From NCBI GenBank assembly GCA_964187785.1, contig OZ076409.1, positions 42,410,001 through 42,474,000 of the forward strand: 64,000 nucleotides of DNA, written 5' to 3'. The DNA comes from Amphiscolops sp. MND2022. Lineage: Eukaryota. The notes beneath the pieces are model-generated. The model was not told where the DNA came from. It made no database searches and saw only the letters and a program-made list of their open reading frames with translations. The stretch's first letter is position 1. Every line of letters starts with the position of its first letter. This document shows positions 1-15,000 of this stretch, piece by piece. The position numbers and the translations under genes were made by a program.

Positions 1-663
1 TTAACAAATATTTCGTTTTTCAATCCGAAATTTGAACTCACCGAGAATAATACAGTTTCGACACATCAATGGCGTTGCAACTTTTCCCTTTTTGTTTTTC
101 ATGTTTGGGGAGTAGCTAGAATAGCTGTTTAGGCTAATCCTCTCTCCTGGCTGATAAAAATTTAGTCGTTCTTCCATAAATAAATAAAGAAATTGTATTT
201 TTTCAAGTATCTACTCTTATAAACTTTCCTTCCTTTTCCTTGGCAGGAATCAAGACTGTAATGATCCCTGTAACATTCTGTTTTAACTCATAAAATATTG
301 AACTTTTTGTTTAGATAGAGTAAGAGCTAGACTGAGAGAAGATCTGACATTTTTAGATGCGAAACTCCTTTTCGACATACTTTCTTTTGTTATCTCTTTT
401 CAGTCAGCGCTTTTGAAGAAAAGTGCCCAACTCTTACCTTTGGTAGTTTTTTTATTACGCGTAAGTCCACTTTTTTTGTTCAAAAACTTGAACTACGGAT
501 GTACAAAACATACTCGAACCATCAGAACCTCGTCCAAAACCAAAAACCGTCGTCCAGAAGCTTGAAAACATACTATTGTAACGTCCAGCTAGCAGCGTAC
601 ATCATAGAAGTGGGAAAATGCCCAGGGTGCTTAAACACGAAACCGTTGTCCTATTACAGCCCT

Positions 664-1320
664 AGACATCAGTTTCTGTCCCAAAATGGTCTCCCAGGGG
701 GACTTTCTATACGTCAAAGGAGGCTCCTCAATTTAGAGCTCCGAGGCGACGTGCCGGCTCTCTCAAAGTCCGGACGGACACGCCCCACAAGCCTGTAAAA
801 ACGAATCCTAAGATTCCTAACGTTCCTGCGACTTCCTACATAATCTCGAGGTCTAAAACTCTGGTTCAAGTAAATTACATTTTATTGAGGGAATAAGATC
901 TAAAAAAGAGACCTATTAGGTCAAACATCATCAAATACCCGCAAATACGGAACAACAGACTAAGGAAACATCAGGCGTCAGTGTCAGCTAGTCTTGGACT
1001 TGCGAGGTGGCACATGCAAACTATGCAAACTTCTGAGTTTCTCTATCTTTTGGGCCATTCTTCGGGTTCTGCTGTTAGCTGGGACGTCTTCCGAGGGGGA
1101 TGGCACCGCACAGTGTTTTCGGGGATACTTCTATGGCGGGGTGTTCTCTCTCAGGCAAGGGTGGGGGTGTTTTCTGTCTTTTCTGTCTTTCTGCCTGCTT
1201 TCAAGTACCTGCCAGGTCGGCCATTTCGAATTGACTTATTTGATATCGCACACTTTTTGAATTTCAACGAAATTTCATTTCCACTGCCTGACGTTACATA
1301 TGGATCCCTTTTTGCTATCT
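664..1320 (+). repeat. Unclassified interspersed repeat family C
   Basis: Colinear similarity to 53531-54115 (TCCCAAAATGGTCTCC, GAGCTCCGA-GCGACGTGCCGG, GTACCTGCC-GGTCGGCCAT). Confidence 0.8.
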
Positions 1321-1658
1321 TGATGTTTGTCACTTTGATTTGTTTCGGCATTATGAGACTTATTTTGAAAACTTTGAATTGCATCAAAGGGTCCCCCTTT
1401 AATTTTTTATATTTTGCAACATAATGGATATTCAAAAGTTCCAAAGGGTCCCCATTGCTTACAATTTTTAGCATTTTGACATTTTTGACTCGTGAGTTTT
1501 TTGTCTTTGAGGCATAATTCTAATGAAAAACTGTATTTAGCTCTTCGAAAAGCCTACTGCACAACAAAAGTATTTTTTTGTTCAACTGTTTCGTAGTTCA
1601 AGTTCGGAAAAATTTACGGAAATTGCGTTAAAATGGTCAAGAAGTGAAAAATTTTGTG

Positions 1659-2166
1659 TTTTTAGTCGGCGCATTTTCCTTTAGTGACCTTTTTTTCTTC
1701 AGACCATATTCCTCACACTGAAAGGTCCACTTCTTACAGAAACTACTGAGGCCGAGTCCGGCCAGCGGAAACTTAGTACCGGCCAGCGGAAACTTAGTGC
1801 AAAGGGTTTTAACGTTACCTTCAAAACCGGATGAGACCAAAGGGTCCCTCCCCCTTTCAATTGTTTTTCAGCGCTATGAGACTTTTTTCGAACTTTTTTT
1901 TCTGTCTCCAAAGGGTCCCCCTTCGATTTTATTGAAGTCCCCCCTCGTACTATTCGAAGTGAAGCGCTATTTCTGAACTTTTGACGTTATATCCGAACTA
2001 TACTGTGTTTTATTAAGCACAAGGCGGAGATTTGAAAACAGGAGTTTTTCATGAAAACGTCATACGTATATTTTAGAACCTGCGCTTTAGATATAGAACA
2101 AGCCTTAGATATAAGCGTTTAGAACAAGCCTTAGATATAGCGCCGACTTTAGACGTTCCCGTCTTG
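1659..2166 (+). mobile_element. Family A DINE/HINE-like element
   Basis: TTTTAGTCGGCGC start, AAGGGTCCCC core, TAGATATAGCGCCGACTTTAGACGTTCCCGTCTTG end. Confidence 0.8.
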
Positions 2167-4578
2167 TATACTTTAGTCTAAGCTAACCTTAGAAGCCCAA
2201 GATACGCTTTAATTTTCTGACGTAAATAAATGATATATAGTGCTTCATAACCTCGAAAACTCTCTCAATTACGAAAAAAAGTTACCTAAAATTTTCCCTG
2301 GATCTGTTACTTTATATGAACATAGCAATTGATTCATTGTTTCCAGTTGAACTTCTGCGATGAACTTCATGCCATTATTTTGGTTAAACCAGAACTTCCT
2401 TAATCGCACTTTGAGAAAACCCTGTATTTATTTTTCTGAAAATCGGACTTTTCGAGACAAATTCCGAGGAAACATTGGTCAGAAAACATTAACGAATACT
2501 TTTTGCTTTTCATTTCATTACCTTAGACCATTAACCGATAGATTGGCATAGTATTTGCAAAATTACCAAGCCTAATTTTTTGCTGTTTGAATCGGTTTTA
2601 CCCAAAAAATGCATCCTAACATGTTTGAAATGTGCTGACAAAAACGGCAAAAACGTTAGGTTTTATTAACAACAATAGGTTGTGATATCAATTTCCGAAA
2701 TATGCCAACCAACTTATGGTATTTTCGCAGTTTTCCTACGCGTTTTTCTCAGCACTTTTCAAACATGTTATGGCCGAGCTATTATGGAAACGAGTGAAAA
2801 TATTGTTTAACGTTAATAAATGCAGTGTGAAATTTGCAGCTTAATTTGCTCATCAAGGGAAACTTTTTTCCCATTGAGAACTGATTAAAAACTTTGAAAA
2901 CATCTGTTGTCGCCAGAAGTCATTTTCAAAGTAACTGGAAGAGGAAACATTTGAAAAAACATCATTTAGCAGGCGCATGAATTTATAATTGAATGTAGTT
3001 ATAGCTGTGATTCAAAATTAAATTATGAATTATAAAGCCCATGATCCGAATTTGTTGAAGCATCCTTGTGATAGACTTGAAAGTCAATCTAAATTTAAAT
3101 TGAGCCGAGAAAATTTCAAGCTAGATGAGTTCGCAATAATAGGAGGTTTATTAATAACACCTCCCTACAAAAGACGATTCACAGATGAATTATTCACAGG
3201 CGATCTGCGGCCTAGGTTTCCATCAGTTAATAAAGTCCTCATTTGCCTTTACTGTCCATTCTGAATTTGCATCTCACCCCTTTGACTCGTTGACCAAATC
3301 AGGTGACCCATAATAAATCAATATAAATTGTGAAAAAGTACCCCTTGCGAAGAAGTGGAAATTGATGAATGAAATTGAGTCGGTTGATTTTGTCTAGAAG
3401 GAGTCAAAAAATTTTGATTACTCCTTATTATTCTTTTTTTCAGTCGGTTTTTCATTGGTCGAATCACATAAAAATTCGTTAAAAACTTTGAGACAAAAAT
3501 CTCGTGGAAGTCTATAGTAAAAGTTTTGTGGCACGATTTGTTTCCGTTAGAACATTCATTCAAAGCTAATTGCTCCAAAAGGTCTATTTCGCTGTTTTTT
3601 TTTCAAAAAAGCTTCCAGTTCCCACTGCCATGTGAAGCCATTTGGAGAAATGAAAGATAAACCTTTAAGTTTGCTAAGTAGAAAAGAAACTAAACATGAT
3701 TTTACTCTCAAAATTTCTAGATTTTCTATCAGCGAAGTTTGATTGATTGATCAATATCGGGATCCATTTATATGGTTTGAATGTAATCGTCTATTCGTAC
3801 CAGGAGCACTGAAGATGTGTTTGGTTTTCTAGTCTCTCAGAATATGAACTCATGTGAAAAACAGCAGATTTTTAAAAATCGTGAAGAGCTATGTCGTCGC
3901 GCTCAAGTCTCTAAGGCTCCAAAAACAGCAAGATCTCATAAATTTAGAAGAGTCTGTAAAGACGTGGACCACTCAGTGTGAGTACTGCGGTCTGGAAAGA
4001 ATGGAAAATGCAGTTACTGCAATAGTTTTCACAAATGGTAGAGAATTCTAACCATTCAAATGCGACGCTTGCGTGAGAATTTCGCCCCATGTCAAAATAC
4101 GCTTTTTGATTTCACGTCTTCTGACTACTGCCTTTCCTGAAAGAAGCATTGTGAGTTTTTGTGGGAAAGTACCTTGCGCTTTCAATATATTAGATACAAG
4201 TTGGTTCATTATTGACGTAAAAAACAACCGTTTTAATACTTGTGGATGGACACGAGTTTTTGTGCCCATTTCTTGACGAATCACCCAATTTATACCTCCA
4301 TAAAATTCTGAAAAAAAGACTAGATCAAGGACATTTTAGGCACCTCGAACTGACTGTTCTCTATATATTCTGGGAGAGAAACTAGGCAAAATTGACAAAC
4401 AGACTAAAGAGGTTTCAACAGATGTCAGGACATTTCATCCTATGCAATTTCAGCCTATGCTATTTCAACCGCTCACAACTTCAACCTATTGCATTTTCCA
4501 CTTTCTGCATTTCAACCTAAACTGATTTAGGCTAATTTATCCTAATTAAAAATATAATTATTTTACTCGATACTAACT

Positions 4579-7065
4579 ATTATTTTTTCCATCCTGATTG
4601 AATATGGGAAAGTGAAAAATTTAAACCAGCCATTCCATAATTTATCTGCAAATTGAAGGGTGTCAACCATAAAATTAACCTAACATAAATTTCATGCGAG
4701 ATGTATTTGTAGAATCGTTGGACTTTTTTTGAGTATGACCAACATGGCCCCAAAATGTCCCGAAAAAGACCCAAGAACGACCCCAAAAAAACAAGAGATG
4801 AAAAATTTTCGAATTTCGACGTTTTTGATATTTTATCACACTTTTGACAGACTTCGTGGCTTAGAATGTTTAAAAAGTTAAACAAGGGAAAACGTTGTTC
4901 TCCAGGAGGATTTTTTGAAGGTACCAATGCAGATGTTTAATTGTAAAATGACTCAAAAAGGTACTGAAATTGAAAAAAATTCAATAAATTTCCAATTTGT
5001 TTTTCTGTTTTACGCAATATGAGTCAAACTTTCGATCGAATTCGTGCCTTAGAAGGTAAAAACGTTCAAAACGAATGAATTTGCTGTCCAGTAGGTTTTC
5101 TGAAGTCTCCAAATGGCTCCCAACTAACATCTAAAATAAACAAAAACTGCGAAAGTTTCCAGGTTGTTTTTGATACAATTGGAGTACAAGTTCCAAACGC
5201 TTTCATAGATTAGATGGTTCGAAACATTCAAAAACGAAAGAAGTAGCTATGCATTACACCTTCTTGATGAGAATGTTGCCGTGCTTTTCTTCGAAAAAAT
5301 TTCAGAATGACTCAAGTGAGACGAAAAATCGGAGACGTTCGTTATATTTTTCATCGTTTTTCAGGTAATTTTTGTACTTTTTTGAATTGTTTGGGAGCTA
5401 GAATGTGGAAAACGTTCAAAATTGAATCAAGGGGTTATGCAGGAGCCACTTTGTGTAGATATCGCAGACTTATGTCAGACAATCTCAAATTTAAAGAAAA
5501 AATGTCGAAATCATCAAACGTGACACTACAATAGATTAGGGAGTATTTGCGCAAATTAGGGAAACATTCCGTAAAACAGAAAGTTTAAGAAGCACTAAAA
5601 AATCAAGTAAAGCAAAACTCCTGTAATAGGTTATTTGTTGATCTTCCAGGTAGAACAATACTCCTGATTTAACAAAATAGTCGAAATGTCTTCATTTGGC
5701 AACTTTTCTGAAAGTTTGAGATGTTTTGTGTGTTGGCAAAATAAAGTAATTCAACGACAATGAAACGCGTTATCACGTGGGCTTTTTAAACGTGCTTTTC
5801 TTGGTATAAAAAAGTACTTCAAAATGACCTTACATTAGTAAAAAAAAACATTTTCACGCAGTTTTCGACATTTCCAGTCGTTTTTTCATTTGAAGTTAAA
5901 AAAATTGGTGCGTTATGAGGCTGCAGAAAAACCAGATAAAATATCTAGGGTAACAGCACACTGTCGAAAGAATTTGCAGGTTTTTATGGTAGAAACCAAC
6001 CTTAGAATGACCCCAAGCTTTCAGAAACTTCAAAACATCCATGCTTTTGACGTTTTTAAGCAGCTTCTTTGTAATATTTTGAGCATTCTTGTGGCATACA
6101 AACATTTAAACACTCAACAAGCGGAGAAGGGCCAAAGTCGGCGCTATATCTAATGCTCAAAATTTCAAAAGGGGGGACCCTTCGGGCTTTGTGAAACTCC
6201 AGCTGGTTGCAAAATATGGAAAAAATTGAAGGGGAGCCCTTTGGGGACTTGAAAAAATTTTCCAAAAAAATTTAAAAAAGGAGATTTTTGAACAGTGTCA
6301 CAGTGCCGAAAAATGTAAAAGAGGGGACCCTGGGATTTTTTGACATCCATTGTTGCAAAATGTTGAAACAAATGAAGTTGGACCCTTTAGTGCAATCCAA
6401 AAAGTTTCAAAAAAAAGTCACATAGTGCCGGAAAAAAGTGGGGCTATGGTTGGATCCTTAGTGTGATTTCGAGGTTCTGGACGTCTGCTTTGTTTTTTCT
6501 TTTCGTTTTGGACGCGCTTTTGAGGTTCGAGTTGTTGAGGTTTGACGTTGTTGAACAAATGAACAAAAAAGTGGGCACCTTAAGCGTCTGAAAAAACTAC
6601 CCACTGTAAGAGTCGGGCACATTTTCTACTGAAATGCGCCGACTAAAATTGAATAAACCCAGTATCCAGTAAACGTTTCGATGGAAGGTTTACCTAAACC
6701 TTCGTGTTTAAATCGGCTTCAAAAACACCCCAAAAACCAAACAATGACAAAAAAGCTCGTTTTTAACAAATTAGTGCCAATTTATGTTCAATTCACCTAA
6801 TTGGTTTGTAGAATAGAACTTCCATTGACATGAATATGAAACAATAGGCTTATCAAATTGCTATTTAGGAAAGTAAAATGGGATAAAGTTCTCCGAATTT
6901 GAGAACAAAGGAGTTAAAAATTCATTCCGAAAAATCTCTGATCCTAATTTTGGAAACGTTCAAACTTCTATGCATTTTCATAGTGCTTTGGCTACTCTTG
7001 CGCCTCAACATTCCATCGTAGAATTGCTTGGGCGGAAAATACCCGCTGGTCAACAGAAGTCTTGT
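4579..7065 (+). mobile_element. Family B DINE-like element, older copy with ~180-bp internal monomers
   Basis: Head ATATGGGAAAG...AAGGGTGTCAACCATA matches 10626-10720; monomers at about 4850, 5040, 5200, 5390; tail CATAGTGCTTTGGCTA...GGGCGGAAAATACCCGCTG...GTCTTGT matches 34466-34559. Confidence 0.68.
6116..6648 (-). mobile_element. Family A DINE/HINE-like element nested in a family B copy
   Basis: AACAAGCGG...AAGTCGGCGCTATATCTA at left, GCGCCGACTAAAA at right. Confidence 0.8.
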
Positions 7066-7283
7066 AATGAAATAATACCTCAAAATTTCTTGTTATCATT
7101 TTAACTAGTTGTCAGGCACTAAGTGAGTCGTGGAGTTGAATCTAACAATCACTAAAGTTTTGCTCCACTTGGAGCAATGCAGATAGCATTTTGTCATATA
7201 AGATGAAATCATTGAAATATACTATTACATTAACCGACAACAGCTGCTACATTTCAACAACCCATTTTCGAAATTCCTCCCAT

Positions 7284-7699
7284 TTTTAGTCGGCGCTTCA
7301 TGAAGTGCAACGCGACTACTATACTAGTGACTCTTTATTTTCAATCCACACGAACTGACAAAAATAGTTCTACGAAACTCTACGAAACTTTGAGGTGTCA
7401 AATTGAACGATTTTGCACAGGGAACTGAAATATAAAAGTTGTTAGTTTTTCCCACCGTAACATACAATACCGGGCGAGACTAAAAGGTCCCAACTTTCAG
7501 TTTTTTTTCGGCATTGTGAGACTTCTTTTGATTTTTTTTCTCCGAAAGGTCCCCCCTTCAACTTTTTTGATGTTTTCGACAGGATGAATGTTAAATGGAC
7601 CCGGGGCGCCAATTCGGTCCAACGTTTGGGTTTTTCGGGTACCGTAAAAGAGAATATTTGACACTTTGAAGTCCTTTTGCTGTTTTTGAGCCTTAGATC
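7284..7699 (+). mobile_element. Family A element, 3'-truncated
   Basis: TTTTAGTCGGCGCTTCATGAAGTG start; stops at GAGCCTTAGAT; close to the reverse copy at 42249-42929. Confidence 0.75.
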
Positions 7700-9399
7700 T
7701 TTTCTGTTCAAATTTAATTCCAATTCCGTGATATATGCAATTGTACTCGTGATTTCAATTATATGAGTTTTTGAGAATATCGGATTGTAAAGAATACTAA
7801 CAAAGTGTAGTTTTTTTGAAACTCCAGAAAATTAAAATAGAATACTGTATTCAAAATTAATATTAGACACCCGTAATTTTGAATGCGCCATGCACTCACC
7901 GTCCTTCCTAGTACTTTTGAAGGCAAGAGATAATATAAACATATATGTTCGGATTAGGTAGAAGGGATTGATGAAGCTCTTTCGATCACAATGCTTGTAA
8001 GTGGTTTCTGGAGGAACTAGAGGCAGGATGCATTGCATTCCTTCGAATGACTTGTTTTATTGACAACTGATTGCTTTTCAAAGCAACTTACTGCAAGTCA
8101 AAAAGTTGCTGGCTGTACAAAACTTTTTTGAAAAAGTTTCTCTGTAATTGCATAGAAGTTTCATAACCAAAATGGAGAAAAATGGTTCACTTGATGAAAT
8201 CTACGAACCATGACGTTGAATTTAGATAAACCTGGAATGGACCAAGTTTTAAAGTTCGGAGAAAAACTACATTTGGCTTCGCTAGTTTCGACGAAGTTTA
8301 TTGCAACAAAGTATCAAAATTTGGCTCCAATTAAATAGTTTTGGATGTACTTCACGAATCCAATTAAAACAACACTGAAGAAAGTAAATTTTTTAGAAAG
8401 ACAAATTTGTGAAAATATTATTTATGCAAATGATATTTCTGCAGTTTTTTGCCAAGATAACTTGAAAATAACATTCAGTTGCGCTAAATAGGTCAACATA
8501 TTGTATCCACACATAAAAAACTTTTGAATAACTGTCCTTTAGAAAGGAATTGAAGCGAACAACTAACAGTATAACGCTCTGTAAAGAATCCTGGCATTTA
8601 TGGTTACAATCGGGACTTATAATTTGGTGAAAAATCTTGGGAAACCAAATGGGCAAAAATTCATCTGCAAACAATTAGCTCCCAACAGTGGTCAAAGAAA
8701 CTGATGGAATTTGACAAAAAATTTCATTATTCAAACCGAAGGCAGACCGCTTGCTTTTTCTCAAATTCATCTTCAAAGGTAATTCAAAATTGAAGCAGAC
8801 TTTGGCAAACCTATTTCACTGACAGGAATCTTCATATCAAAAACTATTGGACTGAGCCACGTTTTGAAAAAATTGCAGTGGACTAATGCTGAGAAAAACT
8901 ATTTTTCGGTTCGTCGAAAAGTGACATTTTTCGCTATTTTTGATCGAACGTTTCTCAAAACTCACCTCCTCCTAATGTAGTTTCAGGTGAATATCTTCCG
9001 ATGGGGACCACTGTAACAAATGAATGAAAAAAATTTTTAGGGAAAAACCTTTTAAAAATGTTGGGACCAGACATTTTTGCATTCACAGCAACATTTGGAC
9101 AATATGTTTTTGACTTTGAAAGCAAGACCCGAACACCCGCTCCAATCAAACGATTTTGAGGACAAGCATTTTAAATAGAAAAACTTTGGTTAAAAATCAA
9201 GAAATCATAACTAATGCCAATATTGTAATTGAGCTGTCTTTTCCGCAGTTCTGTGTAGTCTCCAGAAGGATTGAAAGGCTCCTGGACAAAAAAAAACATT
9301 CGTTCTGCACACGACGCTCATTCAGAATCAGCGCGTTGAATTTTGTTGATGTCTTATGTTTACCTGCTTGTTATAGCCGACTTCAAAATTCTTGGGCTT

Positions 9400-9680
9400 T
9401 AAAAAATTGGATTTCGTGATATCTGTCCGGAGAGCCGGTTGTGAGGCAATAGTGACAACAGTTGATGCTTCATTACTGCGAAATCGATTAATCACATTTT
9501 TCCAAGCTGCCCCGCCATCACCTATTTCATTACCATTCACACAGTCAAGTCGAGAGTAAGAGCCCAGCAACATCAGAGATTGTAATTGTGGTTTCCCTTC
9601 TTCCCAAATTTGACATGATACTATTCTATTGCGCGTTATGTGCTGCTCGTTGGTCAACTGAAGCGTTTTCAGCTAGCTCT
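9400..9680 (-). pseudogene. Relic resembling Ty1/Copia gag
   Basis: DCVNGNEIGDGGAAWKNVINRFRSNEASTVVTIASQ fits the DGxxAWxxLxxxF pattern of Copia gag; frameshifted. Confidence 0.45.
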
Positions 9681-10779
9681 TGTGGCCTGATTATGAGACA
9701 TTCGTTCCAAAATCAGTGTTTTGAAGAGACGTTTTGTCTGCATGAAGGCAAAATATCTTGTGTTCCGTGTTCGAAAGTCTTCTGATTTTTCCGAGAATTG
9801 TAGGCACTTAAAGATATTGCTGACAGTTGCCATTACCCTTATGACGTTTCTTGGACAGTTTGAGAGATCGTTTCAGATGTTTCAGAACTTTGACTTGTTC
9901 GTAGTGATCGGGATTTTGCACGAACTTCGAGTTACTGGAAAACCATATCCTGTTAGCCAATGAATGCGGTGGCGCAAAAATCTGTTCTCTGAAGTATTCA
10001 TTCCGTGAAGAATTCTCAAGCTATGGAAGAGTAGTCAGGATTACAAACTACTGGCTATCAAAATATCTACCCTACTATATGTCAGAGATACTTCAACAAT
10101 TTATCAAGAAATTAGCCTATCACGAATATTCATTGACGAAAATTGTTTCTGTCAAAGAATGATAAGTTCAAGTCATAGGCATCTGCCATAAAAGACAGTT
10201 ATAGGATCCGTTAACGCACATCAAACTTTCCAATTTGGTGTTTGGATTTTTAGACTGAGCGAGAAAAACTTTCGGGAACCAGGAATGTAAGAAGTAGTGG
10301 CGAAAGACTCTTTTGTAAGTTGGAGATATGAGATGCTTTTCCTTTCTGATAGAAAAAGGCGGTTTTGCTGATTCGCAAAGTTGCCATGTTACAAAAAGTG
10401 TCCGGAGCGGAGCGTCTGAAGACTATCATGGTATCATTTCTAGCGAGTTATCCATGGTTTCTTCATTTTGCTGGCATTGTGTGCTCATGTTCTAAATCAG
10501 CGATTTTAACTATGAGTGCCGTTGAGTCAGAAACAACTGCAAATACTGGTAGATTAATTTTCCTTTTCCTAGAAAAGCGGAGATTTAATCTTTCATAGCG
10601 GTTATTTATTTTCCGCCCATATTTCATATGGGAAAGGAAAATATTTAAATCGAACGGGTTTTTTTTACAAAATTTGCCAAGAATTTATTTATATCAAAGC
10701 TAAAGGGTTTCACCCATAGAATTCAGCTCACATAAATTTAGCTTCGTGCTAATTGTATTTGTGGAGATTTCCGGACTTT

Positions 10780-12021
10780 TTTAGTTGACCCCAAGGACCC
10801 CAAAATAACTTGAAAATGACCCCAAAAAAAGAAAATTTGCATTTTTTTACGTTTTAATGCAATTTTTGTCGAGTTTCCGATAAATGTCGTGGATTAGAAT
10901 GTTGAAAAGATTCACAAAGACAAAAACTGGTTGTCCAGTAGTCGTTTATGAAGAGATAAATGCGGTTTTTTGGAAAGAAAAAGACCCAAAAATGACAAAG
11001 AAAACCAAAAATTTCCAGATTTTTAACGTTTTTAAGCAGTTTTTGTCAAATTTTCGATAGAATTCGTGGACTAGAATGTTGAAAACGATCAACATGGCAC
11101 AAGGTTTGTTGTCCAGTAGGCGTTTCGGAAAAGATAATGGCTGTTTTTACTGAGAAAAGTCTCAAATTGATACCGAAAATGACAAAAGTCCCTAAATTTT
11201 CCATTTTTCAAAGTTTCTACGCATTTCTCGTCAAATTTTGGAGACTTCGTGGATTGGAATGTTTTAAGGGGTCAACAAGGAAAACGTTGGTTGTCCAGTG
11301 ACCATTTTTAAGAGTTTATTGCATTTTTCTAAATGAAAATGTCTCAAATTGACACCGAAATTGACAAAAAACACAAAATTTTCCAACTTTCAAAGTAAAG
11401 TTTTATCCTTTTTTTGTTAAAGTTTCACAGACTTCGTGGATTGGAATGTTTTGAAGGGTCAACAAGGAAAAAATTGATACGTCCCGTAGTCTTTAATGAA
11501 GACAATTGCAATATTCTGATTGAAAATGTCTCAAATTGACACCGAAAATGACAAAAAACACAAAATTTTCCAACTTTCAAAGTAAAGTTTTATGCATTTT
11601 TTGTTAAGGTTTCACAGACTTCGTGGATTGGAATGTTTTGAAGGGTCAACAATGAAAAAATTGGTACGTCCCGTAGTCTTTAATGAAGACATAATTGCAA
11701 TATTCTGATTGAAAATGTCTCAAATTGACACCGAAAATGACAAAAATCCCAAAAATTTCCATTTTTCAAAGATTTCATGCATTTTTTCCAAATTTTTGAC
11801 AAACTTCGCCAATTGGAACGTTGAAAAGGGTCAACAAGGAAAATAAGTGTTGTCTAGTATGCTTAGAAAAGAGATAAATACAGTTTTTCAATAGGAAATT
11901 GTCCGGAATCGAGATCGAAAAAGACAAAATTTCGAAAAATTATCAAAATTCCTTTTTTTCCACTTTTTGTCAAAATATCGATAGACTCCGTGGACTACAG
12001 TGTTTAAACGCTTAAGGCGTG
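10780..12021 (+). repeat. Tandem array of diverged ~180-bp monomers
   Basis: TTCGTGGATT(A/G)GAATGTT-like anchor recurs at about 10886, 11063, 11246, 11433, 11620, 11805, 11987. Confidence 0.9.
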
Positions 12022-15000
12022 GGCAAACTTGTTGTTTCGGTGAGCCTTGGAAAACTGAATACTTTTGAAAAAACTGAAAATTTTCAAGTTTTTTTTACAA
12101 TTTCAGGCAGTTTTTTGTTGTTTTTTTGACCTACTTCCTTGCATAAAATGGTTTTAAACACTCAACACTAACTAATCCGGGTATCTCCAGTAGGCAATTT
12201 TCAAGAGATAACTGCATTTTGTGTTGGAATTGGTCTCAAAAACACCCAAAAATCCATGAAACAACAAAAAAGCACAATGTTTGACAAACTAATCGCATTT
12301 TTGTTCGAGCCATGAAAGTTTTTAAGGAAGAGAAATTTCAATGACCTCAGCGTATAAACAATAAGGTATTCAAAACGCAATTGTGGAAAAATGGGCATGA
12401 AGTTCACCGAGTTTACAGCAAAGATGTCAAAGTTTCCAGTTTTTTTTATTTTCGACAATATAGTCCCAATTTTGGACACTTTCCTAAAACTTACTTCAAT
12501 CAGAAATATCATAGGCTCAGGATTGAAACGTCTAGCTACCGGTAGTGTTCCGAAAAGATATCAGACAAGTTTATTTGCACAACTTTCAAATACTTTACTT
12601 GAAAACGTAAATTTCAACCTCATTTGGCCAATATTTGTTATTCAAAAACCTCCAAGCAAATTCACTAGATATGGAGTACATCTTCCTAAGAAAGATGTTT
12701 CGAGCTACTCGTGGGTTAGAATGGTGTAAACATTCAACAACAGCTAAACTCGGTGTCCAGTAGGCTTATTTTTGAAGAGACATCTGTAGATTCATGTTCG
12801 AAAAGTTCCTCAAATTGACCCTAAAGTTGTCAAAACTATTTGCAATTTTTGACACTGGTGAAACAATTTACAATAATATAACAAACCGGGTTCGCTCAAC
12901 TTTCCTAAATTTTAAACAGACCTAATTTCAAGCTTTTACCATTTTCCCATTTACCATTTATGGCTCGCGAAACTGCTTTTCTCAAGCCGAAATGTGCTAT
13001 GAAAGCAAGGTGTACATTTTGACCAAATGAAAGTTTCGGAAAGAGGTACAGAGTCGAAAAAAACTTGAATGAGGTATTTCCCACAATCAAGAAGAAAACT
13101 CATCAGTTCCACGTGATCAAAAGTAACAAAGAGGTCACCCTCAAGACTCGGCAAACTTGTTGTTTCGGTGAGCCTTGGAAAACTGAATACTTTTGAAAAA
13201 ACTGAAAATTTTCAAGTTTTTTTTACAATTTCAGGCAGTTTTTTGTTGTTTTTTTGACCTACTTCCTTGCATAAAATGGTTTTAAACACTCAACACTAAC
13301 TAATCCGGGTATCTCCAGCAGGCAATTTTCAAGAGATAACTGCATTTTGTGTTGGAATTGGTCTCAAAAACACCCAAAAATCCATGAAACAACAAAAAAG
13401 CACAATGTTTGACAAACTAATCGCATTTTTGTTCAAGCCATGAAAGTTTTTAAGGAAGAGAAATTTCAATGACCTCAGCGTATAAACAATAAGGTATTCA
13501 AAACGCAATTGTGGAAAAATGGGCATGAAGTTCACCGAGTTTACAGCAAAGATGTCAAAGTTTCCAGTTTTTTTATTTTCGACAATATAGTCCCAATTTT
13601 GGACACTTTCCTAAAACTTACTTCAATCAGAAATATCATAGGCTCAGGATTGAAACGTCCAGCTACCGGTAGTGTTCCGAAAAGATATCAGACAAGTTTA
13701 TTTGCACAACTTTCAAATACTTTACTTGAAAACGTAAATTTCAACCTCATTTGGCCAATATTTGTTATTCAAAAACCTCCAAGCAAATTCACTAGATATG
13801 GAGTACATCTTCCTAAGAAAGATGTTTCGAGCTACTCGTGGGTTAGAATGGTGTAAACATTCAACAACAGCTAAACTCGGTGTCCAGTAGGCTTATTTTT
13901 GAAGAGACATCTGTAGATTCATGTTCGAAAAGTTCCTCAAATTGACCCTAAAGTTGTCAAAACTATTTGCAATTTTTGACACTGGTGAAACAATTTACAA
14001 TAATATAACAAACCGGGTTCGCTCAACTTTCCTAAATTTTAAACAGACCTAATTTCAAGCTTTTACCTTTTTCCCATTTACCATTTATGGCTCGCGAAAC
14101 TGCTTTTCTCAAGCCGAAATGTGCTATGAAAGCAAGGTGTACATTTTGACCAAATGAAAGTTTCGGAAAGAGGTACAGAGTCGAAAAAAACTTGAATGAG
14201 GTATTTCCCACAATCAAGAAGAAAACTCATCAGTTCCACGTGATCAAAAGTAACAAAGAGGTCACCCTCAAGACTCGGCAAACTTGTTGTTTCGGTGAGC
14301 CTTGGAAAACTGAATACTTTTGAAAAAACTGAAAATTTTCAAGTTTTTTTTACAATTTCAGGCAGTTTTTTGTTGTTTTTTTGACCTACTTCCTTGCATA
14401 AAATGGTTTTAAACACTCAACACTAACTAATCCGGGTATCTCCAGCAGGCAATTTTCAAGAGATAACTGCATTTTGTGTTGGAATTGGTCTCAAAAACAC
14501 CCAAAAATCCATGAAACAACAAAAAAGCACAATGTTTGACAAACTAATCGCATTTTTGTTCAAGCCATGAAAGTTTTTAAGGAAGAGAAATTTCAATGAC
14601 CTCAGCGTATAAACAATAAGGTATTCAAAACGCAATTGTGGAAAAATGGGCATGAAGTTCACCGAGTTTACAGCAAAGATGTCAAAGTTTCCAGTTTTTT
14701 TATTTTCGACAATATAGTCCCAATTTTGGACACTTTCCTAAAACTTACTTCAATCAGAAATATCATAGGCTCAGGATTGAAACGTCCAGCTACCGGTAGT
14801 GTTCCGAAAAGATATCAGACAAGTTTATTTGCACAACTTTCAAATACTTTACTTGAAAACGTAAATTTCAACCTCATTTGGCCAATATTTGTTATTCAAA
14901 AACCTCCAAGCAAATTCACTAGATATGGAGTACATCTTCCTAAGAAAGATGTTTCGAGCTACTCGTGGGTTAGAATGGTGTAAACATTCAACAACAGCTA